A stretch of 64,000 nt of DNA from a virus. Its lineage: Duplodnaviria > Caudoviricetes. The position numbers and the translations under genes were made by a program. The stretch's first letter is position 1. Each line of letters opens with the position of its first letter. The DNA is taken from positions 96,001-160,000 of the IMG/VR virus record IMGVR_UViG_3300021255_000109; one strand, 5' to 3'. Shown piece after piece: positions 41,201 through 55,134 of this stretch. A model generated the notes under the pieces. That model ran no database searches, was not told where the DNA came from, and saw only the letters and a list, made by a program, of their open reading frames with translations.

Positions 41201-44200
41201 AGAAGGATTTGCTGGTACTAATAACACAGATGCTTTTTCATTAGAAGGATAGTCTTATGAAGGACAAAAATCAATTATTTCTAGTTCATATGCTGGTGCA
41301 AAAGATTTACGCACTATTGCTACATTAAATGATATTTTTGCGCAAGAAACATAGTCTAATTTAGAAACTGCACAATCAAAATTTAATCAATATGATTAGG
41401 CTCGTCGTACTGGTGCCCAAATTCCGGCTGAAGAAGCAGAATAGATTTTAGCAGATTATAATAATGCATAGCAATTAGTATTAGATGCTAAAGCTTTAGC
41501 TAAAAAGGCTATGGATGATGCAGTTGAGGCTATAAATAGTACGACTGATTTTGCTTATGCGTTACAACAAGGATTAATAACAAGTGATAATTTTACTGTA
41601 ATTTATGGATAGACAATATCTGAATTGAAAAAATTTGATGAAGTACAAGAGTTAGAAGATATGATTGCAGATGCCGCAGAAAAAAATCCTGAGATTAAAG
41701 CAACTTGGGAATAGACACAGACTAATAGTGTTGCAGCTTATGAAATGATTTTACAAAATACTCAAGACAGTATAAAAACGGTTGAAGATGCTGAAGCATT
41801 TTATAAATACTTTAAAGATAAGGTTGGTGAAGGTAATGGTCTTTTAAATTCTGCAATGCAAAATATATTAAAAAACATTGAAACATCAATCAAAACAGTA
41901 GATGATTATGCTACTTTAAGCGAAGAAATGCTTAGTATGCTGTAGAAAAATGGATTACTTACTTAGGTACAATAGAGAGTAGCAGCAACATTAAAGGATT
42001 TACCTTCATTATTTGAATGGGCGAATGAGAATAACATAGGCTCAGAAGGATTAGATTAGCAATTTTTAGCTCTTGCAGGATCAGCTAAATCTGGTGATGA
42101 AGTTAAAGCATTTAACGGAAAAGTAAGTACAGAAGCTTATAATCAGGGTTTATCTGACTTTGGTACAAAACAAATGGAATCTGCAAAAACTTGGGACGAA
42201 GCATATAAATTAATGAAAGAATATAATGTCGAGTTAAATGAAAAAACTATCCCTGGTTTATTAGAATTAACTACTACTTTATCTGCTTTTGATACTGCGG
42301 CAGAGGTTTTGACAAATGATTTAGGAGAAGATATTACTGCGTCTGAAACTTGGTTTTTAGAATATTCTAATGCATTAACAAAAATAGCAGAACAATATAC
42401 TCATACTTCTTTAGAAACAGAAAATTATAAATAGGCAGTTGACACTTTGGGTGATGCTTAGAAAATATTAGCTGATAAAAATGCTGAGCTAACAGAACAA
42501 TATAGTCGACATATACAAATTAATGGTGAATTAGTAGATCTTGATGAACGTGCTATTAAGAATTCACAAGATTTAAATTCATATATTGATGAACATACAA
42601 AAAAAGAACAAGAGCTAGTAGAAACGTTAAAAGAAAAAATGGAAGTGGCTCAAGCAGAATTACGTGCATCAATTTTAGCAGGTGAAGGAGCTAAAAAATA
42701 TGGTTTAACTGCTGAAGATGTTGAAACACAAGCAAAATTATTGGCAGAACAAAGTAAAAATGTCGCGGAAGGCTTTGAATTAGATATTGAGTCAGCTACA
42801 CGTATGGCTGTTGCAAATCAGCGTTTAAATCGTGGTATTAAAACTTTACATGATAATTGGGAAGAATGGTCTGATATTTTAAATAATACAGATCATGGTA
42901 TGCAAGATTATGCAGAAACTTTAAATGATGCTCGTGATGCTTTAGCAGACATGGTTGGAGCTATTGATGCTGATGCTATTTCATTAGATTTCTTAGATAA
43001 TACAACTGATTCTGGACGTCATCATTTGGAATTAATGGGCTTAGCCGCACAAGGTAATGTAGATGCAATTAATCAACTTGGTATTGCTGTTGGTTATGCC
43101 GCTATCGAAATGCTTGAATTTAGTGATAATACTACTCAAGTCTTTGATGAAGTGTGGTCAAATTGGTCTATGACTGCTGAGGAATTTACTGGTTATAAAG
43201 ATACAGTATTGCAGGGTATTACATAGTTAGAAGAAAGCGTTATTAATGGAACAATGACTGCCGGTATGGCTGTAGATGCTATGGGGTCAGATTGGGTTGA
43301 AGCTTTAAACCAAATGGCTCTTGCTACTGGTATGTCTGTAGAAGAGATGAATGCTTTTTTAAATGAGTTAGGTGTATAGGCAAAAGTAGAAGTACATGGT
43401 GAAAAAACCAAAATGCAAGTACCTACATATGAAGAATATTCTAAATCTGAAATAGTTGAACCAGAAGAATATGGTCGTCATATTATTGGTCGTAATGACG
43501 CTGGTGAACCAGAATGGGCAGATTATTTGAAAAAACCTGCAACCTGGAAAAGAACTACTTGGACAGTGCCTGGACCACCAACAGAAGTAGAAGGATATCA
43601 AGAAGTTGCTTAGATTTCTACTGTTGATAATCCAAAAACGCCATTAGTTACATATACTGGAACAAGTGGTGGAAATGTCGCTGCACCATCTCCGAAATCT
43701 ACTGCTTCTAGTGGAGGAGGCAGATCTTCAACTCCAAAAACACCGAAAGGCTCTTCTCCTAAGTCATCTAAAGGATCAGGTGATAAAAAGAAAGAATAGA
43801 AAGAAAAGAAAGATTTTGAAGATGAGTTAGATCGTTATCATGTAATCCTCGCGCAAATAGATGACCAAAAACGTAAATTAGATGAATTAGGAAAGGCAAA
43901 AGATAGAGCATATGGTAAACAAAAAGTAGATAATATGAATAAAGAAATCAAAGCGCAAAAAGAATTAAATAATAAAACACAACAATATATTGATGAAATT
44001 AAAGATTATTTAAAACTTGATAAAGACGCTATGAGTCCATATGGAGCTATTTTTGATGCTGATGGTAATATAACTAATTACGAAGATATTATGAAGCAAC
44101 AATTAGCTATTTATAATGCTGCTATTGATGCTTATAATGCATCTGCGCAAGAAGAAGCTGATAAAGAACGTCTTGAAGCCGCCGAAAAAGCTTATGAAAC

Positions 44201-47006
44201 ATTTAAAGAAAAATTAAAGCAATATGAAGATACTAATAACTTATTGCAAGAGCAATTAGTAGAATTACAAGATGGCTTAAAACAAGTATATGATGATGTA
44301 ACTGCTAAGAATGAATATATTATAGATTTAAAAATAAATGTTAATGATAATGAATTAGATTTCTTAGATTATTTACAAGATAAGATTGATAATTTTAATG
44401 ATGGCGTTAATGAGGTAAGTGAGAAATTAGCTAATTTAAATGATGAAACTGGTGCGCTTTTGAATAGATCTGATATTCATAACGAAGGCATTTCCAGAAC
44501 TCTTGGTCATTATTTAATTGATCAACTTGGTAAGAATGAAGATGAGGCTGCTGCTTTAATTGAGAAGTTTAAGACAGGAACATTAACTGATGAAGATATG
44601 AATTTATTTGCGGGAATCCCTGAAGCTGAAATGCAAAAAGTTCAAGAATATAAGAAAGATCTTCTTGATGATAATAAGAAGCTCATGGATAATATGCAAG
44701 AAGTTGTAGATACTGTAAATGATTCATTTAAACAAATCAGTGAAGACTTAGATGATGCAATGAAAGATATTGATCGTTCTACTGATGCGCTTGAGCATTA
44801 TGGCAATATGATTGATATAGTTGGTGCGGATTTCCTTGGTGTGACTACGGATATAGCTAATGCACTCGATCAGGCTGAAGTAGATGTTGCGAACGAAAAG
44901 GTTGCGGCAACGAGAGCTAAATTAGATGCATTAAAAGATGATTATGCTGAAGCTGAAAAATTATATCAAGATGCTTTAGACAATAACGATGCAGTTTTGG
45001 CAGAAAAATGGAAAAACGCATTGAAGGAAATGGACGATGAGGTAAATGGTGCAACTCAAGACTTCCATCAGGCTTGGGAAGATGCTTTACGTTCAGCGCA
45101 AGAAGCATTAGAGGCTATGCTTGATCGTGTTAAGAATGATGCTCTTGATGCTATTGCAGGTAATGTTCCATACAGTCAATTAGCAGATTTAATGGATCAA
45201 CAAGAAAAAGTAGATGATAGATTCTTAGATGAATATGAACAAATCTATGAAATGAGTAAGTTAAATCGTGATATTAATAACTCTATTGGAGATGCTGATA
45301 ATATCAAAGCTAAAGAGGCTTTAAGAGATCTTTAGAAAGAAATTAATAAACTTCAAGAAGATGGTAACGAGATGAGCCAATATGATTTAGATAATGCTCG
45401 TAGAAAATATGAATTAAAACTTGCAGAATTAGAGCTTGATAATGCTATGAATATTAAAGATACTGTAAGATTAAGTAAAGATTCTGAAGGCAATTGGTCA
45501 TATATCTATACCGCTGATGAAGAAAAGGTAGCTCAGGCAGAATAGAATTATGAAGATAAACTTTATGCTATGCAAAAAGCTAATGAAGAATATATTAACA
45601 ATATAGAGAACGAATTGGCCGGAGTACATGAAGAAATGCTTAATAAGATTGCTGAGATTCAAGCTGATTTAACTCTTACAGAAGAGCAAAAAGCGCAATT
45701 GATTCAGCAAACTTATGATTTCTATACTGAATAGGCTTCTTATTATACTGGAGAGCTTGGTAAGGCTATTGATAATAATAAAGAATTATATGATATTGAT
45801 TGGACTAATTATTCCGCAAAAACAAGGAAACAAAAGATTGGCGAAGATGATTTAACTGAATATATCGCTGATAATTATGGTTATAGGCTGGGTAATTTGG
45901 ATAATTATATTACGGATTTCAATAATACAATGCTGAGTGATATTACAGGTTTTGACACTCTTGATGGTTTCGAGCAAAATGCGCAGGCGGCTACTGAAAG
46001 TGCGGTTGCAGCTATGAACGCCGCTCATGACTAGTGGGCGGAGAACACAGAGACAACGATGCAGTTAGCTGGCACTTCTGTTGGTACTTTTGCTGAGGAT
46101 ATGATGAATGATGTTGATCAGACTATTGTACCTAAGGCTATAGAAGCTAAAGATGCTGTTGTAGATCTAGCAAATGCATCTGTTGATGAATTTGATAAAC
46201 TTGTAGGTCAAGCGCAAACCTGGCAAGATACTTATAGCACTTTAATGCAAGGTATTATTGATAAAAATGAATTGGTTATCCAGTCTATCAATGGTGTTGA
46301 TGAAGCTATCTCTAAATTAGAGGAATCTGAAGACGAGAATGTTTTAGGCCAAGACACTACTAATAAGATTTCTGAATCTGCTAATGCGGGTGCGGAAGCA
46401 GCTGCTACAGCTGCGGCAGCGGCACAAGCTGGAGCTGATTAGGCGGCAGCAAATGCGGCTCAATGGGCAAGAGTAATGCAGGTTTATAACTTAATTAATA
46501 GTGGTGCTGTTGGTAATCATGATACTGGACGTGTTCAAAATTTATTAAATCGTGGATATAGCCAGCAAGAGTATTCATTAGGACAGCAGTTAATCAATAT
46601 GGTTTATGATGCTGGCCTTGGTGGACGTGGTATGTCCATGGATGCTGCAAAGGCTGCATTAGGATTTGACTCTGGCGGTTATACTGGAGATTGGTCTGGT
46701 GCTAATGGACGTCTTGCTTTATTACATCAGAAAGAAATTGTTCTGAATGAAAGTGATACTGCAAACTTATTAAACGCAGTCGATATGGTGCGTTAGATTG
46801 CTAATTCTATTGACTTAAATGCGAAAGCAACTGAGTTTAATTTAGGTAATTTATCTGCGGCCGTGGGTATGCTGGGTGCGCGTTCTAGTGTAGACTAGAA
46901 TGTAACAATTACCGCAGAATTCCCGAACGTGACCGACCGCAATGAAATTGCTGAAGCCCTTAAAACTTTAGTCAATGAAGCATCTCAATACGCTAATCGC
47001 AAATAA
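35235..47006 (+). CDS. Tail tape measure protein (about 3,923 aa, many TAG=Gln)
   Basis: All 13 + strand track fragments from 35895 to 46476 share one frame; phage TMP domain (TRQSADVVGTAFKTLFARI); C-terminal FDSGGYTG..LH.KE.VLN. Confidence 0.85.
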
Positions 47007-47008
47007 TT

Positions 47009-47042
47009 ATAGGGGGAAACGTAAGTTTCCCCTTATTTTTTA
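47009..47042 (+). terminator. Intrinsic terminator after the tape measure gene
   Basis: GGGGAAAC-GTAA-GTTTCCCC plus T-tract. Confidence 0.8.
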
Positions 47043-47115
47043 TTGGTCAATTTATGATAAAGTAAGTATTCCAGTTTTTAAATTGTATAGATAATGAGAG
47101 AAAGGAGACAGTTAC

Positions 47116-50100
47116 ATGGCAGAAACTAACTATAATGATATTCTGTGTTAGGCTATTGATACAATAGTTCAATAGCGAATTTCTAATCTTACTTTTGATT
47201 AGACTATTATATGTACAATAGTTGATGACACAGATGCAAAAAATGGTCATTATATCGTAACTGATAAATCAGTTCGTTTTGATGCTTATTCCGAAAACAC
47301 AGAATATGTTACAGACGATGATGTCTATGTGACTATTCCCAAAGGTGATTATAATTAGACTAAAGTTATTATTAGTAAATATACAGCTGATAATAATTTA
47401 GATCCTTTAGTTTATATTAAACCTTTGGACTAGATGTTTATTATTACTGACGATTTGGTTCAAAAAGGCCAACCAAATGTCATATCAGCATCTATTTTGG
47501 CTAATGGGCGCAAGGTGTCTGAGAATAGAAAGACAACTACCCCTGGCCGCACAAAAATAATTTGGGAATATTTATTAAACGAGAGTAATAATACTGATAT
47601 TAAGAATAATGCGATCTTTGATACTCTTGGTATTCGCGCAAGTTTTAAATGCGATTTATTATCTACTTATAATGTGCGCCAAGGACATTATGGATTGGCG
47701 ATTACGTTATATTCAGATATGAATCCTGAGTCAGGCACAGGAAGTGTAACTGAGAATACAGTTTTATTTGATTCGGCAGAAATGTTTGGCAATCCGTATT
47801 CTTTTGTTACTTTCTTTGAGCAGCAAAAGATCATTGATATTAGTAAATTAAATAATATTACAAAGATTAGTATTGCATTATATTAGAGTGGAGATTTTCA
47901 GTATACTGAGTCTCTTGAAGCAAAAGATATGAAAGCATTGCCTTCAACATATGTAAACAGTGAAGGCGCAACTGAAGATTTAATGGATAATATCTTTGTT
48001 GGTAATGTTGAGATCTATTTTGGTATGAATATTGCTAACGTTTCAGATAATACGTTTTCTATCTATTGCAGTGATCATTCTACTTTTAGTATGGTAAAAG
48101 AGTAGATTGATGAAAATTATAATGTAAAAACTATTTTTCCTATTTGGTTTAATAAAGAGCCAGATACTAATAAATACATTGGATATTCTGATGGCGTTTA
48201 TAGAACATATGTAGATGCTGACGATCCAAATAGAATAGTTGGTGCTTAGTATTTAGAGGATAATTATCGTGCCAAGAAAGACTATTATGATAAAGGTGCC
48301 AGCTTAAATCAATTAGCATTAGAAGAGTAGGGTATACCTCCGGTTTAGCAAGTTTTATAGATATATGCGTACGCGCAAGACGCTGTAAAATTAATGACTA
48401 AATTGTATAATTTATTAAATAATAATTTAAAAAATATTTGTGATAAATTGTTAAGAGACGTTTCCGCTTATCAAACTGATGAACAAAAAACAAATTCTAA
48501 TACTGCATATTAGATATTATTTAGTAATAATCAAGATTATGCAATACTATTATCAGGATTAAGTGAAATATTGGATGAAAACAATGCTAATGGTTTTATG
48601 ACTACTGTTACTGATATTTTAAAAGAATATGGATAGGTATATTTGGACTTAGCGCAATGGTCAGATTTATCACAACCTTATGGTGAAAATGGCTACATGT
48701 ATAGAATTAACAATGTTTATTCTCTTGCGGCAAGTTAGATTAATGATTTACCTACTTATGTAGATGATTATTTTAGATCAATTCGAGATAATATTCCTAA
48801 TTCAATTGCGGCAATATATGATGCTTGGAATAATATGCAAAAAACAATTTTACAAGATTGCTTAGATGTGGATAATTAGATTAAAAATTTAATTGGTTCA
48901 TGGCAATCAAATCAAGTTGAAGCTCCAAGTATTGGCTATGAATTTAAAGATTTAAATACTTTATTCCAACAAGGCGGAGTATAGAGCTATGCTGAATCAA
49001 AAGAGATATTCGAATAGAAATATCAGAATAGATATTGTATTTATTGGTATAAATATGTTGAGAATTATTATGATGCTAATGAGCGTTATATGCCGAGCGG
49101 ATGGCAACGTTTATTAGGATATGAAAATATAGGATTGCCAAAAGATTGGGAGCCTGGTAATGATGGAAATGATTACTGGGTTGCTAAATCAAATGAACGT
49201 GTAACTGTAAAAATTGGTGATCCAACAGTAGAAACAGAATAGATATAGGCTATTTTAATTTATAACCATGAAGTTTTTAAGAGTAATATTTTAACTTTTA
49301 AAAATGAAGAATAGGTAATTGATGAGAATACGAAAAGTGCGGTTACCGGTCTGTGGATCGCATTGACTGATCAAACCGATGAACAACCTGATACATATTG
49401 TTCTAAGGAAACTTATCAATTATATGGTATGACAAATATGTTAATTAACTCAGCCGAACGGTACCAGCGCCGCAAGCTTCGCGCACGTTTTACTGGGCTA
49501 GATCAAGATGATAATTATTTAAAGAATAATTGTACTATCTATTGGTATATTCCTATTCATAGTACAATGCTTGATTGTAATCGAGATGAGTTAATCCAAG
49601 CAGGCTTTTCTTTTTATGATCCTAATGTTGATACTTTGCCTTCTGCGCCATATGGTAATAATTATGTAGAAGGCTATTATATGGTATATAGATAGATTGC
49701 CGCAGATACAGACGCAAACTTTTTATCATCCACAGAAATTTTTTATTAGATAAAGAATTATTTTATGCCAACCGCAACTAATAATACAATTAGATGTCGA
49801 GTGGTAAAGAATCGTCAATATGTCTATGATTCGGAATAGTTCTTTACTTTTGCTTCTTATGGTAGTAATGGAACAGATTATACTTTGTGTATTTTCCCAA
49901 GTACAAATCAAGCTGCAGTTAAGCAGGATTAGCAACTGCCTTTATCAATTGGAGTCTATGATTACAACAACGACTTTATGGAAAAAGAAAGCCAAAATAT
50001 TTAGCTAAGTATTTTAAATGGTTTTTCATATAACTCAGAAGGTGTTAAAACTGATCAATCTGCTTATTTTATTACTACAGGTCGTGACACAGAAGCATTT

Positions 50101-53100
50101 ATAGGACAAGCATTTAAACCCGGTTATGGTATTTTAAAAGGCACTGCAACTATTACTATTGATAAATTCTCAGATGCAGAAGATTCTGAGCGTGATGAAT
50201 CAATTACTAATAGTTTAGATAGCACAGATGATTCAAATTTAAAATATAAACAAAGAAATCGTACTGTTACTCTTGAATCATATTTTGCGATTCCTTGGGC
50301 TTCTGACGATTATTATATTGAAGGTCCATCATTTGTAATTTATAATTCAATGGGTTCAAGTCCTCAATATTATTCAGATCCTATTAAATTATTTAGTATG
50401 AAAACTAATAAGGAAATAGAGGGAGTAGTATGGAAGACTGAGTATTATACTAATCATAGCTTAAGTAGTGGAGAATCCGATTACAGTAATAAAGTAACTA
50501 CTTTAGTTAGTAATTATCTGCCTAAGATTAAAGAGATTGTAACTGAAGTAGATGGTGCTCAACGCAGAGAGTATAGATTAAGTGTACCAAGCATGTTTCT
50601 TTCTGGGAATGATTACTATTGTTCATTAGTTGCGTTTAACGCACAGAATGAAAGACTCTGGGTGCAACCGATCCACATGTTGTAGAACAGGTTTGACTCA
50701 CCAATGCTGAACGCATGGGACGGAGAGTTGACAATTGACGAAAAAAATGGTACAATTATGTCAGCCATGGTAGGAAGTGGTAAAAAGAATAGTGATAATA
50801 CTTTTTCTGGTGTATTAATGGGTGAAGTTGGTGAAAAGACTTAGCTTGGTAATACAACAGGTGAAGGATTATTTGGTTTTGATCATGGCGAGCAGAGTTT
50901 CGGATTTAAGACAGACGGCACTTCTTTTATAGGTAAAGCAAAACGCGGACGTATTGAATTTAATGGCAATTCTGGTACTATTGCAAGTGCTTCATATAAT
51001 CAAGAGCGAGATGATAATTTGCGCGTTGGTATGAAGATTGATCTTGATGATGGTGAGATTGATATGCGTGGGGCTTATATAGCTGACGCAGTAGATTAGG
51101 CAGATAGCCAAGCTGAAAATATCATAAATGCTCAATATACTCATAATAATGAGCAAGACGGATATGATAATGAAGTACGTTATAATCCTACTGGTAGTAG
51201 AGTAATGATTTCTACTAAGTCACCTTTCTTAGTAATTAAATCACCAAGTGTTTGGTATACTAATGAGAAGAGAGTTACTGTTGACGATTTTGGTAATAAG
51301 CAATTAGAAGTTGATCCAAATACGACATAGCGCAAAGCATATAATGATTTTTGGGATTCTATTGATTATTACAAGAGTGATGAAGCTATTAAAAATTTAT
51401 TAAATAATTATTGGGATATTAATGACAATTAGTATCCGCGCACTAATAATGCAATTAGAACTGCTGACGACATAGAAGATATGGATCAGGGTGTATATGC
51501 ACCTGTCCTTCGTACAATTTAGAGTTCAGCTCTTTTGAATAAAGGATATTCTAATGCTAATATCGATGATCTTGAAATGTTTACATAGCAAAAAGCTATG
51601 TAGAGTCAAGGGTTCATCGGTATTGCAATAGATGGAGATGATCCTGCTATGCAAAAAGGTGATTATTTATATCGTTATACTGAAGCAAGTGAATAGGGAA
51701 AAGATCATTGGAAGTATATTCCATCTTCAGAAGTTACTGAAGCTATGATTAATTCTTCTGGTACAGTTTGTTTGGCTCGATATAATGGACATAAAATTAC
51801 CAATTTGAATAGCTAGTGCGGTTAGAGAATGGTTGATGCTTCCGGATGGGTAAGCCCAAGATCTGGTGGCGCTGACTTGACTTTTAATAATATTAATGAT
51901 ACAATGACATTGATAGAAGCAATAAGAAATAGTAATGAAGATGAAGAATATCTTATTAAGTTAAAATTCTTAAAAGATGAAGATTTCTTACGATTTAGAG
52001 CTATTGCCAATATTGGTGATAATGTTGTTTCTATTACGGGATTTGTACCTCCAGCTGATGCGGATTCAGTAATGTATAAGCAATCAGATGGGCCGATAGA
52101 AAGTGTTTCTTATGAGTTTGGTGTAAAGCCAAGTACAACTTTATTACAAGTTGGAACTTCATCATATTTTATGCAATCTGAAGGCTTTACTGAAGGTAGC
52201 GATCCATATAAACGAGATGCGCAAGGTTTAAGATTTGATTTATCGGCTTAGAAATTAACAGCTTATGGCGGTTTTAAGCTCTTCGCGCAAGATGCAAAGA
52301 CCTTTAACAATATTGAAATTGGTAGTACAGGTACATTCTTACATGTTAAGTATAATATAAATCCAATAGAGGGTGATATTCCTGAATATGTAAGTTTGAT
52401 GAAAGTTACAACAAATGAATTTTTAATTCAATCTAAGGATTGGAGTAAAGCTGAAAAGACTGGTACTCAATTTGATGTTGGAAAAGGTATGTTTACATCA
52501 TATAGCTTTAATTTACATGCGGAAGAGGGTCGAGATAGTTCTAAATACCAAGGTTCGTATGTAAAGTTAAGTTCACGTGGTAATCCATTCTTTTAGATTC
52601 ATTATAAGGAGCATTAGATCCCTGTTGAAGAATTGACACCTGGTGTAGAAGATGTGATTGTATATGATACAGATTTAATGCATATATCTTCAAATAAATT
52701 TATTTTACAGTCAAAGGATTGGCGTTCCCCAAGAACAGCTGCTGATTTAGCTCCTGGTGAAAATTATAATGTTGTTAAAGAATACGCTAAGGGACGTGGA
52801 TTACAGTTTGATATTGCTAATGGTAAGTTAACAGCTTATAATAAATTTAGATTAATCGCATATGATAGTGATATTAGTAATCTTACAGATAATACCGCAG
52901 GTTCATATGTCGAATTATCAAGCACTGGTACTCCATATTTACAAGTATATTATCAACATAATAATGGAGAAGAACCAGACCCAGATGTTAGTCAAATTTT
53001 ATTGCGTATTTCTAAGAGAGATTTTTATTTAAACTCTTAGGATTGGCATTATAATGCATCAGATCCATCACAAGGCTCTGGTATGCATATAGATTTAGCT

Positions 53101-54717
53101 AATGCTAATATTATCGCCTATAAGTTTCATTTATATGCGTTTAATAACACTCAGCGCTATACGGGTTCATATGTAAAATTAAGTAGTGAAGGCACAACAA
53201 ATAATCCATTTTTCCAAGTACATTTTAAAGATGTCGGAGATGGTACTGACCAGAATTTTATTCCTAAAGATTTGAATTTGGTTATGCTTACTTAGAATCA
53301 ATTTCTTATTCAGTCTTAGGATTTTAGATTCTCAGCAACTAATTTAGCAGCGTGCTCAGGCATTCGTATGAATCTTGCGAATGGTCAATTTTTAGGTTAT
53401 AATTTTGGCTTTTCTGCATATGATAACGGTAGCGGTAATAATGGACGTTATATGGGATCACATGTTATTATAAATAGTAGCGGTAGTCCATATATTAGAG
53501 TACATTTTACTGATTATGGAGCAGGCAATAATCCTACGACAACATCTGGTTTAACGCCAATTAGAAATTTAGATATTGTTAATATTACAAAAGATAATTT
53601 TATAATACAATCTCATAATTGGAACACTACAAATGGAACTGGCTTAAAATTTGATTTAACTAATGGTTAGCTTTTAGGTTATAATTTCCAATTATAGGCA
53701 AGGCGCACTAGTAATCCAGCAGGCACTGTTACTATTAGTTCTGCTGATAGCACTTATCCAATTAAAGTAACAAATGGGTCAGATAAAACATTTGCAGTTA
53801 AATGGGATGGTTCATTAGAAGCCAATGCCGCAAGTATCACAGGAGCTATTACTGCTACATCAGGTACTTTTACAAATGTTAATATTCAAAGTGGTACTAT
53901 TGCTGGATGGCGTATTAACGGCAACAGAATCGATGCAAGTAATGGCACAATTTATTTAGACAGTAGTACAGGAACTATAAGTGGTGCAAAAGTTAATGGT
54001 GCTACAATTAGTGGCGGCACTATGAGTATTACTGGTTCTGGAGAAGGATCTGGTAGTTTTGGTGTTTCAAATAGTGGCGTTTTAAGCGCTACTGGAGCTA
54101 ATGTTACTGGAACAATTAATGCGAATCAAGGCACCTTTAATAATGTAGATATACAAAGTGGTACTATTGCAGGATGGTAGATCAATAGCACTACATTAAG
54201 TAAGGGCGATGTAATTTTAAATAGCTCTACTGGACAAATTTCTGGTGCAGCTATTGTTGGTGGTACTATTAGTGGTACAACTGTATCTGCTGAAAGTCTT
54301 AGATTTACTCTTTGGAATGGAGCTACTAGTGAGCTAAAATAGTTCGGTATTTATTCAATACCGAATTTTAAATGGAAAACGACAGTAGGCGGTTCAACTG
54401 TGTTCCGGCCTACAGGTTCAATATCAGTAAGTGTAACTCCTGGATGGAGTGTTATTGCTGGTTATGGTGCTATCGCAGTTAGAGATAGTTTACCAAACGG
54501 TAATGTTATTGGATATATTAATACTCAAGATATTATATCTTCAATTACATTAGGAGCAAGTGGTTCTGCTACTTTTACTGGAGATTAGATTACGTTATCT
54601 ACTACACGTGAGGCTGTTGGTGATAGATGGCAAATAGCTGGTTTAGTATATGTAGGTGATATTTCTGGTGGATCACAAGAAACATCAGTTTTATAGACTC
54701 AAAGCGTATTTGGGTAA
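47116..54717 (+). CDS. Large tail tip/central fibre protein (about 2,533 aa, TAG=Gln)
   Basis: Nine fragments in one frame; internal beta-repeats; G/T/S-rich beta-helical C-terminus. Confidence 0.75.
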
Positions 54718-54742
54718 AAAGTGAAAAAGGAGAATAAAGATT

Positions 54743-55129
54743 ATGATGACAACTTTAACAAATAACGAAATTTATAATTATGCTAATGCTTTAGCGCAAG
54801 AATTTGGACAAGAATCTGAAGTAAAGTTTCCTATTAAGGTAAATTTTTATTTACAGAAGAATCTTCAGGTTTTGATTAGTCTTGCTCAAGATATTGAGAA
54901 GGAAAGATTGGCAATCGCGCAAGAGTTTGGTACATTAAATGAGGAAACTCAGCAGTATGAAATTCCTAACGAGAATATCGCTGCTGCTACAAATAAATTA
55001 AATGATTTATTTAATTTAACTCAGGAAGTACAGATTTATAAAGTTGGTCTTGATGCTTTTAATGATATGGATCTTACTTCTAATCAAATGCAAGCATTAT
55101 TGTTTATGATTAAAGATGAGGAGGAATAA
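54743..55129 (+). CDS. Small helical tail-associated protein, possible fibre chaperone (128 aa)
   Basis: Complete ORF with RBS after the fibre gene. Confidence 0.65.
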   Translation: MMTTLTNNEIYNYANALAQEFGQESEVKFPIKVNFYLQKNLQVLISLAQDIEKERLAIAQEFGTLNEETQQYEIPNENIAAATNKLNDLFNLTQEVQIYKVGLDAFNDMDLTSNQMQALLFMIKDEEE

Positions 55130-55134
55130 TCCAT

